DNA of 64,000 bases, from the NCBI GenBank assembly GCA_963708075.1, contig OY970194.1:736001-800000 (forward strand), read 5' to 3'. Source of the DNA: Sedimentisphaerales bacterium (GTDB lineage: Bacteria; Planctomycetota; Phycisphaerae; Sedimentisphaerales; Anaerobacaceae). Positions 58,162-64,000 of the stretch are shown one piece after another (within the stretch, counting starts at the first letter, position 1; each line of letters opens with the position of its first letter). The position numbers were made by a program, and so were the translations under genes. The notes beneath the pieces were generated by a model. That model worked only from the letters and a program-made list of their open reading frames with translations, made no database searches and was not told the DNA's origin.

Positions 58162-60264
58162 TTACGGACGCACCAACTTGCTCGTATCGACGGTCACCTT
58201 CGTGCCCAGATCGGCTATACTGTCATTGAGGATCTGAATCATGTACTTGCCGTTATGTGCGAAGGCTCCCGGATCCTTTTGTGAGTACTGGTAGTTGTAG
58301 GCGGCCTGGAGCAGTCGCGGCGTCCAACTCGCATACTTGGTCTCACCTGCGTCCACCTGGCCATTGCCGTTGGCATCGGCAAAGAAGTACGGATTGGTGC
58401 TTGCGCTATAGACGATTGGGGCCTTCGCTACGTTCGCGGCGTAATCCTGAATCGCAGCGAGGAGTTTCGCCTGGAGGGTCTCGATCTCACGGGCAAGACC
58501 CTCGGTCTTGTTGCCGTCGCCATCGAAGTCCCTGACGTCCTTGCGAATGCTCTTGACACTCTTGGTGCCGTGGCAGAACGCCGTGGCGCAGCTCTCCGTC
58601 TGCACTTCGCCGGTATGCGTCTCGTGGCACTCCGTGCACACATCGAAACTACTCACGTGGGCGAAGCGTCCAAGGTAGGTCTTGCCTGCATATTCGTAGG
58701 CGCCCTTGGCCTGCGTGCCGAACAGCGTCGCACCGGCGGCGAAGTAGTGGACGTTACTGAAACTCAACTTGGTGGACACGGTATCAAGATCGAGTCCGGC
58801 GATCTTCGTGTTTACGCTGACTGTGGATTCGCGGCCCTGATGGCAACTGATGCACAGGTTGCTGTTCAAGTCGCCCGTATCGAGCTTGGCGCCGCTGGGG
58901 AACAGGGCGGTCTTGACTTCATACCGAGTGAACTCGGGCATGGCGTTGTGGCAGGTCGTGCACATCAGGCCATTGGAAAGCGGCTGCGACGCAGTGACCG
59001 CCTCTTGCAGGTAGAACGGCAGGCCGGTGGCCGAATGGCACTTGCTGCAACTGCCGGAAACCTTGCCGTCCTCATCCCAGTGCCGGAACTGCTCATGGGA
59101 GCCGGCGAAGTGGCCCGCGTCATCCCGCGTAAGCTTGGCCACGAGGGTGGGGTCCAGGTCCTCGATGGAATCGAAGAGCAACTGGATCATGTACTTGGCA
59201 TTATGAGCGAACGCCCCGGGGTCTTTGACAGAGACTTGGTAGTTATAAGCCGCCTTGAGCAGGCGAGGCGTCCAGGGGGTGTACTTGTTGGCGCTCTTGG
59301 CCTCATTGGCATCGGCTACGCCATCTCCATTCGTATCCTTGAAGAAGTACGGATTTGCACTGGCGTTGTAAGCGATGGGAGCCCCGGCCTTGGTGCCATA
59401 GGCCTGAATCGCAGCATATAGCGCGGCTTGAAGACCCTCGATCTCGCCCGCGATGCCCTCCAGCGTGTCGCCATCTCCGTCGTAATCGTGCAGGGAGCCC
59501 ATCATCCGGATGCTCTTGAAGTCTTCCTCTTTCTGGACGGCAACGTGGCATGTGGCGCACAATTCGATGCGCACTTCCAGGCTATGCTGATCGTGGCAAT
59601 CAATGCAGGTATCGACGCCCTGCACGTGGGCGAACTTCACGTCGTATGATTTGCCGCTGTACTGATACCCACCCTTTGTGATGCCGCCGTAGAGGGTAGC
59701 CGCGGCCGCTTTGTAATGAATGTTCTTGAAGGAGAGCTTCGTGCTGGCGGTATCCGGTTGGTTCGGATCGGCCGATGCAACGATGGCGCTATCGATAGAC
59801 AGCCCGGACTCGCGTCCCTGATGGCAGACCATGCATCGGGCCTCGGCTCCGAGGTCCTTCACCTCAACGCCGGAGGGGAACACGACGCTGGTCAGCTCGC
59901 TGGTCGCCTCATTGTGGCAGGTCTCGCAACCGATGACCGTACCAATGGGAGCGGGAGCATCCACGACGCCGGGAGCACTGCCATCGGCGCCGAGGTAGTC
60001 CTGGTATCCGCCGGAACTGTGACATCTGGCACAGCTCGCGGAGACTTGTGGCGGGTTGTCGGCGTCCCAATGGCGAAAGGCTTCCGCCGTAGCATCTGCG
60101 TGGGCCGACCCCGCCCAAAGCGCTTCGTAGAGCGGGATATCCACCGAGTGGATTCCCAACTCATCCGCCATCAGCGAGGTCGCTCCGATCAACAGGATCG
60201 ACGCCGCAAGACAGCACGTCCATTTTCGAACCAACGTCTTTGATGTGCACCCAACCTTCATCAT
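58162..60264 (-). CDS. Decaheme cytochrome c, OmcB/OmcC-like, built from two pentaheme repeats
   Basis: Signal peptide, 9 CxxCH plus CATAFCH. Two copies each of FRHWD, CHQGRES, NxHYxAA, NPYFF and DPGAFAHNxKYMIQxLxDSI. Confidence 0.88.
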   Translation of the reverse strand: MMKVGCTSKTLVRKWTCCLAASILLIGATSLMADELGIHSVDIPLYEALWAGSAHADATAEAFRHWDADNPPQVSASCARCHSSGGYQDYLGADGSAPGVVDAPAPIGTVIGCETCHNEATSELTSVVFPSGVEVKDLGAEARCMVCHQGRESGLSIDSAIVASADPNQPDTASTKLSFKNIHYKAAAATLYGGITKGGYQYSGKSYDVKFAHVQGVDTCIDCHDQHSLEVRIELCATCHVAVQKEEDFKSIRMMGSLHDYDGDGDTLEGIAGEIEGLQAALYAAIQAYGTKAGAPIAYNASANPYFFKDTNGDGVADANEAKSANKYTPWTPRLLKAAYNYQVSVKDPGAFAHNAKYMIQLLFDSIEDLDPTLVAKLTRDDAGHFAGSHEQFRHWDEDGKVSGSCSKCHSATGLPFYLQEAVTASQPLSNGLMCTTCHNAMPEFTRYEVKTALFPSGAKLDTGDLNSNLCISCHQGRESTVSVNTKIAGLDLDTVSTKLSFSNVHYFAAGATLFGTQAKGAYEYAGKTYLGRFAHVSSFDVCTECHETHTGEVQTESCATAFCHGTKSVKSIRKDVRDFDGDGNKTEGLAREIETLQAKLLAAIQDYAANVAKAPIVYSASTNPYFFADANGNGQVDAGETKYASWTPRLLQAAYNYQYSQKDPGAFAHNGKYMIQILNDSIADLGTKVTVDTSKLVRP

Positions 60265-60370
60265 CTTCTGACCCCTCTTCTGTCAAAAACAAATCGGTCT
60301 CTCAACGTGTTGCGTACTCCTCCGTGGAGGACTGTCGCCCGATGAGTAGAGCGACAGACAATGGAGATGT

Positions 60371-60387
60371 AGCAACATCTGTGCCAG
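60371..60387 (-). promoter_or_regulatory. Sigma-54 promoter of the cytochrome operon
   Basis: CTGGCACAGATGTTGCT, with exact GG-N10-GC spacing and TGGCAC / TTGCT boxes. Confidence 0.8.
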
Positions 60388-60420
60388 ACGCCCTGACTTA
60401 CGTCCATGCTCTCGGTCGTC

Positions 60421-60437
60421 CTGGCATAACCGTTGCT
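60421..60437 (+). promoter_or_regulatory. Divergent sigma-54 promoter-like element
   Basis: CTGGCATAACCGTTGCT, GG-N10-GC. Confidence 0.65.
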
Positions 60438-60694
60438 GCAAAAGGCAGTTACATGCGACATGAAAATGCGACATGCGAAGAAAAGACGGTCGTTGGCCGG
60501 GGGATTCTCCCAGAATTGAGAGAGATGGGCCGGCCGAATCTCACCTGCGGGAAAGGGTGTTTCGCCGCAGAATGCGTTCATGTGCCCAAGGACCATTCCG
60601 GGGGACGCTCATCCCGGCGTGAGGTGGGGAATTGTGTTGCAGATTCGTGTCGTGTGGCGTATATGCTTTGAGGCGGACGGATAGTAGCGATTGA

Positions 60695-62490
60695 ATGGGG
60701 CGTCTGATGATCCTTGTGTGGTTCATATACGGTTTGGCGTTCTTCGTCCTCGGCCTGATGATCCTCATCTACCCGAAGAAGGGTAGCAATTTCGACCTGG
60801 CGCGGCATATCTGGCTGGTCGGGGCGTTCGGCATCGTACACGGCGTGAACGAATGGCTCGACATGTTCATGGCTATCGGAGGACCGCTTCCGCTCGTGCT
60901 TGTTGAATTCGCACGGATGTTCACCTTGCCTGTCTCTTTCTTCTTTCTGGTCCAGTTCGGAGTTGCCACGCTCTCAAGAGATCTATCGAAGCCCCGCCTG
61001 ATGCGGGTGATTCCCTGGCTGTTGGCTGTCGCATGGCCGATGCTCCTCCTGACGAGCAAGCCGGACCACAGGCTTTTCATGGCAGACATCTGGTCCCGCT
61101 ACCTGCTGTGCGTGCCGGGCACCCTTCTTACGGCCTGGGGCCTGTTCTCCTACGCGCCCGGCTTCAGAGCCATGAGGCTGTACTCGGTTACGAGGAACCT
61201 GACGATCGCAGCGGCCACGTTTCTTGTGTATGGCGTGTTTGCGGGCTTGGTCGTGAAGAAGGCTGACTTCTTCCCGGCCACAATCCTGAACTACGAGAAC
61301 TTTATCTCCTTGACAGGTCTTCCGGTTCAGTTGTTTCGGACTGTCTGCGCGATTGTAACGGCTTGGAGCGTCGTCCGGATGCTGGACGTGTTCCGGTGGG
61401 AGACGCAGGAGACCCTGCGGATCAGCGAGGTGCGGTGTGCGACGGTTGCCTCGGCCATGCCGGTCTTTCTCTTCATGGTCGATCGCAACACGGTTGTCAC
61501 ATTCATCCAGGGCAAGGGTCTGGATGTACTTGGCCTGCGTGCTGAGCAGGTCCGGGGCCGACTCGTGCGCGATGCGTTTCCGTCCGGCGAGCAGCTCACG
61601 GAAGACTGCCGGCGGGCCCTGTCCGGCGAGCAGTTCAGCACGACCGCCTGTCTGGGTAGTGCATCCTTTGAGATCTACTACTCTGCTCTCAGAGATCGGG
61701 TGAGTAAGGTCATTGGTGTCGTAGGGGTGGCTCTCGACGTCAGCGCCAGGATACAGACGCAGCGGGAGCTGGATGAGTACCGCAGAAAACTGGAGAAGCA
61801 TGCCCGGGAAGCGGCCGTCGGAGTCCTGAGTGCAACAGTGGCTCAACAGGTCGTGGAGCCGCTCTCTGTGACACAACTGATACTGGAAAAAGCCGTTGCT
61901 GATATGAGCGACCCTAATTTGACGCAAACCGTACGCAGCGGTATCAGCAGGGGGCTCTCGGAGATACTGAAGGCACAGGGTACTTTGACGCGGTTCGTGG
62001 ATCTTGCACATCCGGGTTCTGCGCCACCGAGCAGCCGGTAGGGATCTACCAGATCGCCAGGCGAACGATGAGCGTGTTTGCAGAGAGTGCGCAGCGCCGT
62101 CACCTGCTGATTGCGATCAAAGAGATGGATGTCGTGCCGGTGATGACGATTTCACCGCGGGAGGTGGAGCAGATCTTCTACCATCTGATCCAGCGGGCCG
62201 TGGATGCTGCCCGCGGGGAGGTGGAGCAGAAGCTGATCATCGATTGTTCGGTGAAGGAGGGGTACGTCGAGCTTCTCTTTATCGACACGTGCGAAGGGCC
62301 CCAGCCGAGACAACTTGAGCACGCGGGCGGTCCAATTCCCGGTAATTTTGAAGAGATGAACGGTTGGGGGCTCGGCTTGGCCGTCGTGAAGCGGATTGTG
62401 ACGGACCATGGTGGCCAGGTGACCGTGGAACTCCCGTCCCAGAGCACCACAGTCTTCAGGGTCCGACTTCCGACCAAGCAAGTCTACTGA
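60695..62490 (+). CDS. Multi-TM sensor + PAS + degenerate histidine kinase; apparent frameshift near 62025
   Basis: About 7 TM helices (FIYGLAFF, HGVNEW), a PAS domain, and an H-box reading VAQQVVEPL. Adding one base in GCGCCACCG joins the 62068-62490 HATPase-like ORF (GLGLAVVKRIVTDHGG). Confidence 0.8.
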
Positions 62491-62737
62491 TCGCTCATGC
62501 AACAGGGCGAATGTAAGCCTCTGTAATCGCAAGGGTTACGGCGTATTGGCTGTTCGTGTGGCCAGGAGGCTGGGGACACCCGGTTGGGGTGTGCGACTAA
62601 ATTGAGGTCTCCCGCAAGCCGAAAACATTTGTGCCTGCGAGCCGTAAGACGTATGATATATGTCCTCAAGTTATCGAATTTGGGATGCTCAGGGGGGCGT
62701 AAAGGACTCGCTGTATCCATCGAGGGTTTCAAAGGCA

Positions 62738-63214
62738 GTGAAAGAGTCAGGCAACAACGTTGAGCAGAGGGTATTGGCCGCCCTGCAGGAGGGCTTGCCC
62801 CGAAGCCGCACACCCTATCACGATCTGGCTCGCAAGATCGGCATTTCCACGGACGAGTTGCTGACCATCCTGGATCGGTGGAAGCAGAATGGCATAATTC
62901 GCCGGCTTGGCGCGGTCGTCAACCACTTTCAGGTGGGCGTGGGTGAAGGCGCCATGGTGGTCTGGAAGGTCGAGCCCGGCCGCGTGGAGGAGGTGGGAGC
63001 GGTGTTTGCCGGATTTCAGGAAGTGAGCCACGCCTATGAGCGGCAGACGACGCCGGGCTGGCAATATAATGTCTATACGATGGTGCACGGAACGGCTCCG
63101 GAGGAAGTCCAGCGGACGGTCGAGCGGATGAGCGAAGCGACCGGGGTCTCGGAGTATCTGATCCTGGCGACTCGCAGAGAATTGAAGAAGGTGGCGCCGC
63201 GGTACATCGAATGA
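62738..63214 (+). CDS. ahbB: Siroheme decarboxylase subunit (AhbB/NirDLGH, AsnC-like fold)
   Basis: LQEGLP..RTPY..LA...GIIRRLGAVVNH...AMVVW...VSHAYER...WQYNVYTMVHG...ELKK. GTG start at 62738 is tentative. Confidence 0.85.
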   Translation: MKESGNNVEQRVLAALQEGLPRSRTPYHDLARKIGISTDELLTILDRWKQNGIIRRLGAVVNHFQVGVGEGAMVVWKVEPGRVEEVGAVFAGFQEVSHAYERQTTPGWQYNVYTMVHGTAPEEVQRTVERMSEATGVSEYLILATRRELKKVAPRYIE

Positions 63215-63250
63215 TCGGGTCGGTGATACGCATGAGAAACGGGATTGCGC

Positions 63251-64000
63251 ATGTTTAACCTGTCCACGTTGGAGGCAATTGTGTTGCTGCTGGTCGTGGT
63301 GGTCCACGCCGCCGCCGGGGGTATGACGGCTATGCAGCTTGTCAGGAGGCACCGGCGATATGAGTCGTTGCTTATGCCCACGATCCTGGCCGCGGTCATT
63401 CTTGACGCCGTTCTGCTCGTGCTCAGGGGGACATCGATCAAGGCGGTTCCGCTGACGAGTCTGTTCGACTCGCTCATCCTGTTAGCTCTCATCTTTGGCG
63501 TACTGTACCTGCTGACCAGGCCGTCAGTCGATCAAGTCTGGTTTGGCTCGGTGATGGTCTGGGCGATCCTGGGCATGGTTCTTGTGGCGGCACTGGTAGC
63601 GAAGCCCGCTTCCCGGCCGCAGGATGTGGCCCGGACACCCTGGGCCGTCGCGCACGCCAGTTTCATGATTCTGGCGACGGCCTCCATCGTGTTTGCGGCA
63701 GCCAACTCCGCTCTCTATCTGCTTGGCAGCTACAGGCTCAAGCACAAGGCAATCTCGCAGGTGCTGGGCCGGATTCCCAATATGGAAACGCTGGTCCGCA
63801 TGCATCGTTTTGGCGTGCGGGCCGGCTTCATCTTGTTGACGGTCGGCATCGTCAGCGGGCTGGGCCTTTCGCTGTTTGACACAGGTATCGCCAGGTGGCT
63901 GGCCGATAGCAAGGTGATCTGCATCATCGGGGCCTGGGGCCTGTTGGGCGCGATTCTGGTAGTGGACCGGTTTGGCCTGCTCAGGGTCAAAGCGCGGGCC
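63251..64000 (+). CDS. CcsA/HemX-like cytochrome c biogenesis/heme membrane protein (runs off the window edge)
   Basis: Open frame from ATG 63251 with many TM helices: PWAVAHASFMILA, ALYLL...RLKHK...RIPNMETL, GFILLTVGIVSG, WLADSKVI. Confidence 0.8.
   Translation, partial: MFNLSTLEAIVLLLVVVVHAAAGGMTAMQLVRRHRRYESLLMPTILAAVILDAVLLVLRGTSIKAVPLTSLFDSLILLALIFGVLYLLTRPSVDQVWFGSVMVWAILGMVLVAALVAKPASRPQDVARTPWAVAHASFMILATASIVFAAANSALYLLGSYRLKHKAISQVLGRIPNMETLVRMHRFGVRAGFILLTVGIVSGLGLSLFDTGIARWLADSKVICIIGAWGLLGAILVVDRFGLLRVKARA

Overview
GC-rich bacterial chromosome segment from an anaerobe. The host is probably a planctomycete of the Phycisphaerae/Sedimentisphaerales type; this is inferred from the accessory protein families and repeat style, as no marker gene is present. 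In order, the window holds: (1) a minus-strand SH3 / M48 protease / CHASE2 adenylate cyclase / MBL hydrolase / membrane protein cassette; (2) a large FN3/beta-helix surface protein; (3) a nearly complete Wood-Ljungdahl pathway supercluster, comprising a HydBC-like/GltD-fused formate dehydrogenase complex, fdhD, a MetF-MetV-methyltransferase-like triple fusion, DUF3786, cooC-acsA-acsB-acsC-acsV-acsF-acsD-acsE, a FixJ-type regulator, fhs, an ADP-forming acetate-CoA ligase and a CoA-transferase-GNAT fusion; (4) a few carbohydrate/periplasmic genes; (5) a six-gene multiheme cytochrome operon with about 53 c-heme sites, including OmcB-like, CbcL-like and 24-heme proteins, behind back-to-back sigma-54 promoters; (6) a degenerate kinase and heme-synthesis genes. 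Two paralogous kinases with a RegB-type GGxxNP(F/L) motif bracket the locus. Non-coding signals include a repeated GTRG-WWW-CYAC operator at the pathway promoters and a family of heptamer-repeat hairpins. Seven genes carry single-base frameshifts, most likely sequencing errors.
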